NCBI GenBank assembly: GCA_012862495.1
Contig: BLSG01000391.1
Location: 293,760-357,759 of the forward strand
Reading direction: 5' to 3'
DNA length: 64,000 nt
From: Thraustochytrium aureum
Lineage: Eukaryota
Part shown: piece by piece, positions 35,741 to 47,700 of the stretch
How the letters are laid out: each line of letters starts with the position of its first letter
Numbering within the stretch: position 1 is the first letter of the stretch
The notes under the pieces: generated by a model
Told to the model about the DNA's origin: nothing
The model's input: only the letters and a program-made list of their open reading frames with translations
Database searches by the model: none
Position numbers and translations under genes: made by a program

Positions 35741-37225
35741 ATGGACAAGTTTACGGCCACGTGTGGCTCTGTCGAGGCCGAGGATACCGAGGCGGCTGCT
35801 GGGATGCTCAGTCGGGAGGACGAGTGGCAGGGCGCCCGGACGCGCGAGCTGGACGGCGATGTGGTCTTGTCGGTGAGCGCGCGCAGGTGGCTGGCGTTTG
35901 GCATTGTGATGGTCCTGCTAGGCCTGTATCTGGTCGAGTCTGGCCCCGGTGGTCTCATCGGCGCGTTCGAGAGCGGCGGGGATGGCGTGGAGGATGTCAA
36001 GCATGCGCAACACGTCCCAAATCCAGACGTGGCGCTTAATCACGCAACTCTCGAGCCGGAACTGGCCTCAGCTTCGACGTACACGTTTCGCGGAGACACG
36101 GGGGTGGTCCTCACCAACGCATCACCTCGCCTCGCCACCCAGAGCGAGCCAACGTGCCAATGGCTACAGCGCTCGCTTCGCTACAGCGAGGCGTGCGGAC
36201 TCACTGGGTCCGAGCCGCCGTTCAAAGTGCTGGTCGGTGGGATTGGCCGGTCCGGCACCAAGTTTTTCACAACGCTGCTCAACGAGCTCGGATACCACTT
36301 TTCGCACGACCGCAGGGGAGGACCACCTACCGACGGAAGCGNNNNNNNNNNNNNNNNNNNNNNNNNNNNNNNNNNNNNNNNNNNNNNNNNNNNNNNNNNN
36401 NNNNNNNNNNNNNNNNNNNNNNNNNNNNNNNNNNNNNNNNNNNNNNNNNNNNNNNNNNNNNNNNNNNNNNNGGGAGGACCACCTACCGACGGAAGCGACG
36501 GCGCCGTTTCATGGATGCAGGACTTCAGCCCTGAGCCGTTCAAAATGAAGGACGGCTCCGAACGATCGTGCACCCCAATCAACCGCTGGGAGCTGACCCG
36601 ACGGTTCAAGCACGTGTTCCACTTCGTTCGAGAGCCGCTGCGAAACATCAACTCGCGTTTCAACCAAGGCAAACCCGGTGGAGCCATTTTCCTGCAAACT
36701 GACTGTGAGACCACGTTCGTGCGTGACCTGCCGAGAAAATTGTCGTCCTTTGATCGGAGGCTCGCAGAGACGCTGCGGCACTGGGTCTTCCACAACAAGT
36801 TTGTCGAGGGCACTGCGGATTGGGGTTTGCGGGTAGAGCAGCTCGACCGGGACCGCATCTTCACCATTCAAGAGTTTGCGCGCCGGGCGGAACTGGACTT
36901 TGTCCCAACCGAGGAAAGCTTCTGGAAGGCCAATCTGCCAAGCTCGCAAACCAACTCCGAGCACACTACAAAGTTGAACGAGCTCACCTGGTCTAGACTC
37001 GAGAGGGTTGACCCAGAGTTTACCAGCATCGCGCAGGTCATGGCCTTGCAGTACGGCTATCCAATTCAAGTAGGAAACCTCACCGGCCCCATCCTGCGCA
37101 CGTTGTGCCCGGACGGGAGGACCTGCAGCTTAGAGCACCTCCCCGAGATTAAGTGCGGATTCGACGAGGAGCAGGGGATGCGTTTCGACTGCGCTCTGCC
37201 TGCCAGTGTGTGGGTTCCGGCATGA
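35741..37225 (+). CDS. Membrane-anchored P-loop sulfotransferase-like protein
   Basis: TM WLAFGIVMVLLGLYLV; 5'-PSB-like VLVGGIGRSGTKFF; 3'-PB-like HFVREPLRNINS. The internal gap is flanked by duplicated sequence. Confidence 0.65.
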   Translation: MDKFTATCGSVEAEDTEAAAGMLSREDEWQGARTRELDGDVVLSVSARRWLAFGIVMVLLGLYLVESGPGGLIGAFESGGDGVEDVKHAQHVPNPDVALNHATLEPELASASTYTFRGDTGVVLTNASPRLATQSEPTCQWLQRSLRYSEACGLTGSEPPFKVLVGGIGRSGTKFFTTLLNELGYHFSHDRRGGPPTDGSXXXXXXXXXXXXXXXXXXXXXXXXXXXXXXXXXXXXXXXXXXXXGGPPTDGSDGAVSWMQDFSPEPFKMKDGSERSCTPINRWELTRRFKHVFHFVREPLRNINSRFNQGKPGGAIFLQTDCETTFVRDLPRKLSSFDRRLAETLRHWVFHNKFVEGTADWGLRVEQLDRDRIFTIQEFARRAELDFVPTEESFWKANLPSSQTNSEHTTKLNELTWSRLERVDPEFTSIAQVMALQYGYPIQVGNLTGPILRTLCPDGRTCSLEHLPEIKCGFDEEQGMRFDCALPASVWVPA

Positions 37226-37754
37226 GCCGGCCGGCTCGTTTACGATTGGCCTCTCCTGCCGATTTCGCTGCGAACAAGAGCCGCGGCCGCCCGTGGTGTC
37301 GCTCGCATACGCATACCAGCCGCACCTTCTGTTGTGCTTCTGTAGAAAGCGCCAGCAGACCTGCAGAGTGTGACTGCAGGTCTGCTGGCGCATGTATTCG
37401 ATGGGCTTGGCGGTCTCACAAAGCGAACTAACTTGACATGAGTTCTGGTTGTCTCGCCTCCTCCCGCACGTTGAGCCGGGCCCTCGACCAGAGAGGCGCA
37501 GAGCGGGCAGGCCACCCGCCATCCACGCGCGCAGTCCGCAGCGCCGAGCGAGCCAGCTCGAAGGTGCAAGAGCGTCGCATGATCGTTGCACGGTAGTCTC
37601 GGCGTAGTCGTTCGTGGCAGTTGCAAGCAGACCCGAAAGTGTTGTCGCTCGCTCGCTCGCTCGCGCCAACGCACAGCTGCGCGGGCAGGCGTGCGGGGGT
37701 ACGCGGGCGCGCCCAAGCTGCGCCAGGCTGCGCGGCCAGCTGCGGCTCGGGACG

Positions 37755-40700
37755 ATGGACGGCGCGGCGGGCAGCACGATCGCCTCGATGATCCGCCGGT
37801 TTCGGACCTCGATGCCGACAGACCCCGACTCGCGCAGACAGCAGGCGACGCACGGGGGAGTTCTGGTGGGCAAGGCAGGCGACAGAGGGCCATCGCGGCG
37901 GGGAGGACGCCCGCCGGCCCAAGGCCGACCTGCTTCAGTCGCCTGCGAGCGCGGCTGACAGCTCCAGCGACGACTTGGGCGGGTCGGCGCTCCAAGAGGA
38001 AGTGGATGCGCTGCGGCGCTCATTCAGCGCTCAGAGCGCAAAGGGCTACGAATGGCTGCAACCGGCGCCACTTTCTCCGAGGCCAGGCGGCGCGAAGCCC
38101 TCGGCGCGCGAGTTTGAGACCCTGGACGACCTCATCGCTCGGGACGTCGAGGAGTTTGCCAAATCTGCCACAGTCAAACTAAGCGCCGAGCTTGAGAGGC
38201 AGCGCCAGCGGCGCTCCACAGCCGACGACGACCAAGTCTTGCGCGACGACTCATCCGAAGCAGAAGCCGACGCTTCGGACAGCTCGAGCGACTCGCTCGT
38301 TCGAGGCCCGCTTCGAGCGCGCGCCAGGCCGCGAGCCGGCTCGCCCGGCCGGGCTCGAGCACCGCGGCGCGGCGATGCCCTCCCAGTGGCCGCACGGTCG
38401 TCTGGGTCGTCGTCGCCAGCGAGCATCGTTGAAGCGCACGGTGCAGCGGGGCGGCCCTCGAGTCGCCTTTTTGATCCTGAGCGGGCCGAGGCCGCGGTGC
38501 GCCACGCCAGGGAAAAGCTGCGCGAAATCGACGAGCGCGTCAACAGCGCCGCTGTACTTTTGCCTCCGTCGCAGGACATCTCGACCGCGTTCGTTGTAGG
38601 CAATCTCGAGGCTGCCATGTTTCGCTTCTCGCTCCGCGGCGCTCAGGACAGCACGGCGCCAAGCACAGAGCCAAACCCAGCCGCATCTGAGGCGCCCGAC
38701 GGGGATGCCGCACAGCCTGAGGCCAAAGCGCCTTTGGCTGGCGATGTTGAGAAGAGTGCTGCAAATAAACCAGAGGAGACCGAGGCGCCCAAGGGCGAGG
38801 ACATGGGGGCAAGGCTGGCGCAGGAGCGGATTCGCGCCATCGCTCAACGCGCACGCCAGCGCGGCGGGGAAATCGATGCGGCCTTGCGGCAAACTGGCGC
38901 ACACAGCTCAGTTCACTTTGACTTTGCGGAGAACGACTGGATCTCAGACTCAGACTCTGACTCGGGGGATGATCCTGCTCACCACGGCCCAAGCCCTTAC
39001 TCAGCATACCCAGAGCGCTTCGCGAGGTTGAACGGTCGCGTCGGGCGGGCCAATAGTTACGGCGCGGAGCCGAGCTTGGGCGACATTCCGGAGGAGCTCG
39101 ACCTAGCCATGCTGAGCCTTGCCCGACGGCTCGAAAACCCAGGCGACAAAACGGAGGCCGCGAAAGAGGCCCAATCAGCAACAAACATGGCGAGCGTCAA
39201 GCGCGCCGTCGAGGAGCGCATCCGCTCGATCACCAACGCCAAGGACGACGAGGGCCTCCCGCCGCTCCCGGCTGGCCAAGACGCGGCGCTTGACATGCTC
39301 GCGGCGCGGTTCCGCCTGGCCAACGACTTTGACCGCCACCCAAGCCTCATCCAACGGGACTACCTCACCGACATTCCGCCGGACGATCTGAGCCCCCGGT
39401 ACAGGGCGCTGCACAACGCGTTTCACGCGCGGGACTGGGATGAGGACGGGCTCGTATCGGACCACGATGCGCGGCGCATTGTCGAGGAGCTGTCTGGGTG
39501 GGCTGGAGTTCCAGTTCGGCCGTCCGAGGACGAGGTGCTCCAAGCCGCAGGTCTGATGACGGCCAGTGGACACGCAAGCCGCCACCTCTCCTTCAAAGAC
39601 CTTGTCCGAGCCTTTGACCGGCTCGCGCCGCCTCCTGCGTCGCCGCCCGCGGTGCAGAACGGTTTTGCCAATGCAGATAACGCGGCCCGGAGTGCCCGCG
39701 ACGACGACACTGATGATGGTACAAGTACAGGCGGCGAAAGCTTCTTGGTCGCGCACCAGCCGAGGCGCGCAGGCAAGGGACGGCGGCCCGCATCGGACGA
39801 TTCCTGCTCCATCGCCAGCAGTGCCTCCAGTATGTCTCGCGTCCATGCGAGGGACATCCGCCGCCTCGCTGCGCGCCTCGAGCATGCCCAAGAGCTTCTG
39901 CGCGCCGCAGGGGCAAATAGGGCCTCCTCCGAGGAGGCAAGACCGGGGATCGCCGCCGCGCACGGCCGCCGCAGCAGTCGCTTCCGCTGTGCCCCTGGTC
40001 GAGCCTCGGTACCCCGGCGCGCCCCCTCCGCCGAGCGGCGCAACGCCTGGCTCGGAGCGGCTGGGGCCCTACATCCTGGAGCGCCCACCGCCGTTCAACC
40101 CGGAAAAGCACTTTAGCCCATCTGCACCGCTCCTGAGCACGCGTGAGCTGCAAGGCCCACGAGTTGGCAAAGACGAGATAGTCNNNNNNNNNNNNNNNNN
40201 NNNNNNNNNNNNNNNNNNNNNNNNNNNNNNNNNNNNNNNNNNNNNNNNNNNNNNNNNNNNNNNNNNNNNNNNNNNNNNNNNNNNNNNNNNNNNNNNNNNN
40301 NNNNNNNNNNNNNNNNNNNNNNNNNNNNNNNNNNNNNNNNNNNNNNNNNNNNNNNNNNNNNNNNNNNNNNNNNNNNNNNNNNNNNNNNNNNNGCAAAGAC
40401 GAGATAGTCCTCAAGCTTAGCGAGCTGGAGCGCGCCGTGCAGAGCGCTACGATAGAGTATTACAAACGGCAGCTGGAGCAGCAGCGCCCCGAAACGGCCG
40501 GGACAAAAGTCGCCTCGGGCGACCCCGGCCCAAACACCGCTCCGCTTCGCGAGCCGGCTGTGTCGCTAGGAAGCAGAGCGAAGCCGGCGGCTGGCTCAAG
40601 GACTCCCTCGAGAGCGTCAACGGAGCGCAAGGGTTCCCCTGCACATGGGGCGTTGCCGGTCGCTTTTGAGTACGAGGAGGCCAAGGGCGGCGGTCGGCTC

Positions 40701-40922
40701 CGCATCCGCGGTTCCAAGCCACCCGGGTCGGCGAGCCCTGCTTTGCGCTGCCGCGAAGAAACGCTTGGCGCGACGCCGTCGGACTTGCCGCCGCAGAGAC
40801 GAGCAGCACCAGCTGTTGGCCAGCATTTTGCTCTGCACGAGCAGCGCCTCGCGCATGTTTGGGCGCAGCTCGGCGAGTTTCAGGCGATGCGCCAGCGCCT
40901 GACGCGGCGCGTGGCATTCTGA
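37755..40922 (+). CDS. Large low-complexity protein with PROSER3-like N-terminal motif and an EF-hand-like pair (frameshifts, gap)
   Basis: MDGAAGSTIASMIRRFRTSMPT..(fs)..EFWW; ORF 37975-40116 with FHARDWDEDGLVSDHD and LSFKDL; continues past the gap into ORF 40437-40922. Confidence 0.5.
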
Positions 40923-41202
40923 ACTTTGGGGCACGGACCGAACACGTGAAGTGCACGAGTTACGGGGTTGCGGTGCGGAATGCAACAACTCTTTTTAAAA
41001 AACTTTGTCGACTACCGTACCGGCACTCGCCTTCGAACGCGACTTGTTTCAGGACTCACATGTCAACAGGAAACGGCAGGAATCAGTCGCTGCCTGGTCA
41101 GGTCCAGAGAGACGCGCGACGGCGTTGGCCCAGGCAAAGCCGCGCCGCAGCGAACCCGAGCAACAGCTCGCCGGAACGGGTATGTACAGGTCGCGGCCGG
41201 GG

Positions 41203-41811
41203 CTAGGTAGGCACCGGAAAGAGCGCGGCGCGTTTGGACGCGAGCTTGGCCCGGAGCGCTTCAAGCGCGGTTCCGAGGCGGTCCGCGCGTTGCGCGTCCG
41301 TCTCGCCCGCGACGGCCGCCGCCGCCTCAGGCTCAAGCGCCTGCATGCAGTCGCGCAAGCAGTCCTCCACAAAGGCCCCGACGCGCGCTGCATCGTCCGC
41401 GCGCCTTAGCTGCACCTCCTCTTTGTGCTTTTCCATGATGGCGACCTGACGCTGCAGTTTGTTGACCATGCACTCCTGCTCCTGCTCCATCTGGTTTTCC
41501 AGGTCAACCTTGTCTCGGCGCAGCTGCGCAAGCTGCTTCTGCAGCGTGTTGGAGATCAGCTCCTCTTCGCGCTCCACCTCAAGCGCCAGGCGCTCCTTTT
41601 CCTTCGCGAGTTGTTGGAGCTTTTTGTTGAGCTTGTTGATGATGCACTCCTCCTCGGCCTCCGCCTCAAGCGAGTTCTTCACCAGGAGCTCGCGATGCTT
41701 GTGGAGCTCCGCGTTGAGCGCCTTGTTCTTGCGCTGCTCCGCGGCGAGCTCTTCACGGAGCAGCGCCACGTCGCCCGCCTCGGCACCCGCCTCCACCTCC
41801 ACGTTGACCAT
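41203..41811 (-). CDS. CCDC6-like (DUF2046) coiled-coil protein
   Basis: EAEEECIINKL, EREEELISNTL, LRRDKVDLENQMEQEQECMVNKL repeats typical of CCDC6. The 5' end may extend into the gap. Confidence 0.8.
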   Translation of the reverse strand: MVNVEVEAGAEAGDVALLREELAAEQRKNKALNAELHKHRELLVKNSLEAEAEEECIINKLNKKLQQLAKEKERLALEVEREEELISNTLQKQLAQLRRDKVDLENQMEQEQECMVNKLQRQVAIMEKHKEEVQLRRADDAARVGAFVEDCLRDCMQALEPEAAAAVAGETDAQRADRLGTALEALRAKLASKRAALFPVPT

Positions 41812-42564
41812 CTTCACGTGCACGCCAGCCTCGAGCGGGCAAGAGAGCGACGCCCGGCAGACGNNNNNNNNNNNNNNNNNNNNNNNNNNNNNNNNNNNNN
41901 NNNNNNNNNNNNNNNNNNNNNNNNNNNNNNNNNNNNNNNNNNNNNNNNNNNNNNNNNNNNNNNNNNNNNNNNNNNNNNNNNNNNNNNNNNNNNNNNNNNN
42001 NNNNNNNNNNNNNNNNNNNNNNNNNNNNNNNNNNNNNNNNNNNNNNNNNNNNNNNNNNNNNNNNNNNNNNNNNNNNNNNNNNNNNNNNNNNNNNNNNNNN
42101 NNNNNNNNNNNNNNNNNNNNNNNNNNNNNNNNNNNNNNNNNNNNNNNNNNNNNNNNNNNNNNNNNNNNNNNNNNNNNNNNNNNNNNNNNNNNNNNNNNNN
42201 NNNNNNNNNNNNNAGCTTGGTGAAGATGGTGGTGCGAGCGCCGTGACGAAGGGCGTGCGTGCCGACTGCGGCAACGCGCTGCGCGGTCGCCGCGGCGCCG
42301 GCCGGGACGGGCGCCGTGCGGGGCGGTTAATGCGGTGGATGTGCCTCGGCGTTGCGCTGTTCGATTTCTCTCTGCTAGGTATGTACTTTTTCCCCAACGC
42401 GCTCGCGACCGCGTCGCCCGACCCGGCCGCGCTGCTCTGCCCAGCTCGCAAGTTGGGGAAGTGGAGAGGGGAAAGGGCGGCCTGCACGTGCAGACACGCC
42501 CTCGTCAATCGGCGCTGTCGGCCAGTCACTATCTCGTTCGCTCACACACACTCCACTTACTACC

Positions 42565-42646
42565 CTACTCTTGCGGTGCGTCGCCAGGCGCGTCCTCGGC
42601 CTCGGCGGCTGGCGATGCCGCCGCCACCTCCTCGCCCTGATGCTGC

Positions 42647-42698
<52 letters not shown>

Positions 42699-43457
42699 TG
42701 GCGGCGTCGGCGCGGTCTTTCTGGATGGGCAGGAAGAGCTTGAACTCGGGCGGGAGCTCGTCCTCCGAGTAAAGGCGGTCGGAAAAGTAGATGCGGCGGA
42801 TGCGGCAGTTGGCGTGGATCTGGACGCGCAGCGTCTCGATGTAGTTGGTCCCGTACGCGCGGCGCGTAAAGTCGGAGAGGTTGAACTGGATCTGGTTCCA
42901 GCCCTCGTCGAGCCGCATCGGCATCGTGCAAATAAACGGCTTGACGCGCGTCGTCGACTGGTAGTTGCTGGCGCGGAAGCGGCGGCGGACGTTCTTGTCG
43001 TCGAGCACTTGCACCTCAAAGGTAAAGTACTTTTTCAGGTTCTTGATGATCATCACCAGGAAGGGGAGCTTGATGCCGAGCGTCTTCTTGGCGTCGGCCG
43101 GGCAGCTGCGTTCGTGAGGCAGTCGCGCGCGCGTTAGCCGCCCGATTCTCTCCTCTCCTCCTCGCCTCCTCGCCTCTCCTGAGCGATGCGACGGGGTGCG
43201 ATCTTGGCGCGCGGCCTCGTCCCTCCTCCACGCCGGCGCACTCCGGCAGCCCGGCGCGCCCGGTCCAGCCCGACTTACGAGATATAGTTGGTCGACACGT
43301 TGGTGCCCATGATCTCCAGCACGCTCGACTGGATGTCCACATCCGTGATCCTCTTGATGTGTCCATTCCTGACCTTCTTGTCCCAGATCGCCAGCGGCTT
43401 GCTGCCAATGCTGTACAAGATGGACAGAAACCCGGACTGAAACGTATTCTTAAACAT
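42565..43457 (-). CDS. CFAP20: CFAP20/BUG22 with polyQ C-terminal extension; intron 43106-43278
   Basis: [22 protein letters not shown]...[42 protein letters not shown]...[15 protein letters not shown]; intron GTAAGT...CAG. Confidence 0.98.
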
Positions 43458-43513
43458 CTCGCCTGCTCGCCGGCGCCGCCGGACCCTGCGCTTTCACCGC
43501 CTCTTGCTGCGAC

Positions 43514-43519
<6 letters not shown>

Positions 43520-43546
<27 letters not shown>
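43520..43546. repeat. (CTG/CAG)n microsatellite upstream of CFAP20
   Basis: Directly visible TGC run. Confidence 0.85.
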
Positions 43547-43551
<5 letters not shown>

Positions 43552-43713
43552 CTGCTTTCGCGACGGTCGCGTCCGGCTGTATCGATCGCTCCCTGACTGG
43601 CTGGCTGGCTGGCTGGCTGGCGGGCCGCGTCTGCTCCTCGGCTGCTTGCGAGTCTGCTTGCAGCTCTGGCGGCGGTCCGCCGGCATCGCCACCTTGCGGC
43701 CTATGAGCGCGCG

Positions 43714-43772
43714 GGCGAAAGCGAGGCGAAAGCGAGGCGAAAGCGAGGCGAAAGCGAGGCGAAAGCGAGGCG
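43714..43772. repeat. 11-bp tandem repeat (GGCGAAAGCGA) x5
   Basis: Five perfect copies plus a partial, upstream of CFAP20. Confidence 0.9.
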
Positions 43773-44792
43773 GACGCGAGGCGGCTGTGAGCGGAAGGCC
43801 CCTCTGGCGCTCGAGCCGCCTGAAACGGCACTATTCTCTCTCGCTAGCGCGAAAACCACGCGGCCGAAGTCCGCCAAAAAACGTTGAAAACGCTCGAAAA
43901 CACCGCGAAAAGCAACCTACGCCCAGAGGAAAGCGCCGACCCCGCGAGCAACCAAGCCATCCATCGTGCGAGGCTGTTGAGAGGCTGCGCGAACGCCTCT
44001 CAGGCTGCGTAACCGACATGTCTGTCCGCTCGCACGGCGCTGGTGGTGAGCAACATCTTCCATCACCTTCATGCCGTGCGTTGTGTCGCGCTCGCGGAGG
44101 TCAGAGCAGCTCGTGGGCGCCAAGGGGCCTGGGCTAGGGCGCTGTTGCGGGCCGGCCAGCGGGACGTGCGTTGCTTTGCCGAGCCACGGCCCTTGCCGCT
44201 GCACGCCTTGCTTGTTTTGCCGCAGATGTCAACGTCGCACGGCGAGTGTCGAGCAGAATAGACCGGTTGGCGCCCGGCATGCGTGAACGGGCCGTTCGTA
44301 ACGGAGGTACCACAGTGACTCCACAAAGAGCTCGGAGCACGTGACAGTGGGGACGGAGTGACGCGCGCGGCANNNNNNNNNNNNNNNNNNNNNNNNNNNN
44401 NNNNNNNNNNNNNNNNNNNNNNNNNNNNNNNNNNNNNNNNNNNNNNNNNNNNNNNNNNNNNNNNNNNNNNNNNNNNNNNNNNNNNNNNNNNNNNNNNNNN
44501 NNNNNNNNNNNNNNNNNNNNNNNNNNNNNNNNNNNNNNNNNNNNNNNNNNNNNNNNNNNNNNNNNNNNNNNNNNNNNNNNNNNNNNNNNNCACCCGCTCT
44601 GCGAGCCGTTCGCTCGCAGGAGCGTCGGGCGCCGCAGGGCAGGTGCGTGGGCATCCACAGGCGGCAGCCGCTGCCAGCCTGCGTCCTCGTGGCTCGAGCG
44701 GCTCGCTGGAGCGGCGCTCTTGATCCGAGCCAGCCAGACCGCATTCAGAATTCAGAATCAGAAGATAGATGCATCGATCAGTTCAGAGTGGA

Positions 44793-47700
44793 GAGCTGGG
44801 GATCATACGGTGGGGTACCGCAGAAGAAAAACCCCCGAAGGGGGATTGGGGGATGGCGGACTGGGAAGAAACCCGCGAGTGAGCACGCAAACATCGGTGG
44901 TCTGCATCACTGGTCGGCAGTAGTGACGTCGTTCTGACAGCGGCTACTCGGGTGGAGTGCTATACTGGTTTTTATCGACTCGCTATTTATAGATAGCAAA
45001 CATAAGCAGTGGTCCGCAAATTAATTTCGAGCCTTCACCTTAGGCTTAGTCGCAGGGCTGGCGCGGATTTGCTCAATTCGTCAAACCTGATTTTCGCCGA
45101 TTGAAGACGGTTTTGCGAAGTTTACGGAACGCATTGGTGCCCATCTGAGGAGACGGTCGACGCCGGAAGATCCTATTTCGCCATTGCCATGTTAAGCGGC
45201 GTGGATTTTTCAAATCTTCAGTCAAGGATAGTCCGTCTCACAAAAGTTGGTCGAAGATTTCGAGTGCCGTGGTTGGACAGCGCGGCGGCGGGCGCAGCTC
45301 CCGAGGCTCCAAGGTCAACAGCAAGCAGTCCATGAAGCGAACCTGTGCGCGCGTCGTGCAAGTACCCACATAGAGGTGCGCCATGGGTCGGGCAACAGAG
45401 ACGATGGCAAGCGACGCCAGGATCAAAGATGCCAAGGACTTGACACCAGCGCAGCGAGAGCACCTGCTCCAAGTCGCAGCCCAGCTCAACAGGCGCCAAG
45501 CACAAGGGGTCAAGCAGCTGCTCTTCCCGAGTATTGATCCGAACTCGGCCCAGTGCGACTTGGACAGTGGGAAGTGGACTGTCTTTCCGGTCCACGTCTG
45601 GGCTCCCTCGTTGTACGACCCCAGCCTCTCTAGCGGCATACCCTGCATTCGCTGCGATTGTCCAGTGCCCTGGCAAAATGGTGAATTCCGCTACAAGAAG
45701 GTGTTTGGGGTCAATGGCCAGTCGATCCTCCTCCACGTGCTTTACAGGTGCCCAGAGCAAAGGTGCACGAGGTGCTTTATGAACTCAAACGAGAAAGTTC
45801 TCGCGAGAATGGGTGAGCACGCGAGGTCTCACTTTCGCTTCTTTCAGAGCAAGAAGGCGACGCTGGAGCATTCTCTTTGCGAACACCTTTACAGCATGGT
45901 CCAAAAGATGAGCGCAAAATCAGTTGCAGCTCACTTTGCATCAATTTACGCCATGGAGCACCGGGTGCGACGGCACCAGCACATGAGCAAAACTCTGGAG
46001 AACAGCGGGCCGCGAGGCCAACCCACGCGAAAGCGACAGGAAACGATTCAAGCCGCGTTTGCAAGACAACCGCATGGACCGCAGCGAGCCCCGAACTTGA
46101 TTTCCAAGTCAGCATCAGATGCCAAATTTACTGAGGCGAGAACTGTCGCCAACGTGGGCGTCGACTTGGTCCAGGGCGTCGGGCCTGGTAAAGTTTCTAC
46201 TCTCGTGGAAGCCGGTTACGAAACCGCACTCGATATCGCGCTTGTTGACGTGTCAACCTTCAATGGACCAACACCAGAGGCAGCGAATCATTTGCGCAAC
46301 TTTCTAGGGAGCAAATCGAAGGAAAAGGGGACCAAGCTCGTCACAACACTACGTGCTCTCGCGATCAAACGCATTGCTGCTGCCGAGAAAGCCTGCCTCA
46401 ATGCTCTGAGTGGCCAAAAACTCAAGTATCACGAAAATTTGAAGCAGATCCGCACGTCGCTGGCTGAAGAAGCCGAGATCGACGCGGAGAACAGACGCAG
46501 ACAAGCCGAATTTGACGAGACTGGAGCGGATCGAGCAAAAGCCATGGTAGCGACAACAGACTCGCCACATGTGCCACGTCGTGCGACGGAATATCTGGGC
46601 AGCTTTGAGGTCAACGGCGGCGCTGTCTTCACGCGGAGCTTGGTTATGTCAGTCGTGTTTGACAAGTTCCGGCTCCGCGGCCCACAGCTGCTTCAGCAAA
46701 TGATGAGTATACCGTCCCGCGTCCTGCGCCTTGACTCGTCATGGAAAGTCGGCAACTTCATTCGCGTCCAGAACTTGCAGACAAAGGAGCATTTCCAGGC
46801 GTACGGCTCGCTCTTGGTGATTCTGAACGAATACGGCCAAGTGATTGCCTTCAAGCTTTGCCAGGGGCGAGAGGAGCTTAAGGCTCACAAGCCACTGTTG
46901 GAGCTGATTTGCTCTACTCAAAAGGCCCTTCACAAGCAACTTATCAAGGAAGGCAAACTACCTGCGTGTGACAACCCCGGGGTGGCGACGATTTTTGTCG
47001 ACAACTGCTGCATGCACCGGCCTTTCCTCCAGGGCGTGTTTGGCGCGCACGTACGCGTCCTGCTTGACGTCTTTCATTTCATGCAGCGGTTCGAACCATT
47101 TGTAACGGCGCAGAAGGGCACAACTATCCAGAAAGAGTTTTATGCAGGGCTGAGCCGCGCCATCTTCCAAGTCGAGGCCGCCTCTGACGCCGCAAGCGAA
47201 ACGGAGAGCGACGCGAGCGAGCCGCTCCGTACACGCTTGCGGGGCTCAACAGCAAGGCGCAGGGTCCCGCCGCCAGGCGAACTCCTCAAGTCGGTCTCGA
47301 ATTACCTAGGGAAGGTCATCAATGGCCATGGCCTCCGCGAAGGCAACTCTAAGGTGAAACGTTGGGCAAACCTGGCGAGCTACGTTGACGGCAGTTTACC
47401 GGAGGAGCCCCCCCAAACGCCCAAAATGTCTGTGCTCAAGCAGGAGGTCACGGTAAAGCGTGGGAATGTGCATACGACAAAGACCTTTAGGCAGTTGTGG
47501 GACACGCAAGCTGAGCACATCTCCAGAGGTTGCCTGAGCGATCCTGAGAACGTCGACCTTTACAATATTCTCGCTGATGGCGTGAGCGTTTCAAGTGCAC
47601 GCGGGACGTCGAGCGTTGAAGCAGTGAACCTTGTCGCAAAAGGCGCATCGATTGGTGGTCGTGTGACAAGCGTTCAGCTCGTTTTCTTTCGCCTAACCGA

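Noticed and set aside
36316..36497. Apparent direct repeats flanking N gaps (also 40166/40393, 18183/18367, 54617/54787)
   Set aside because: Identical sequence on both gap edges indicates unmerged contig overlaps, not TSDs or biological repeats.
43714..43772. CRISPR-like array (also 27049-27178, 58497-58538)
   Set aside because: Head-to-tail tandem repeats without unique spacers, no cas genes, eukaryotic context.
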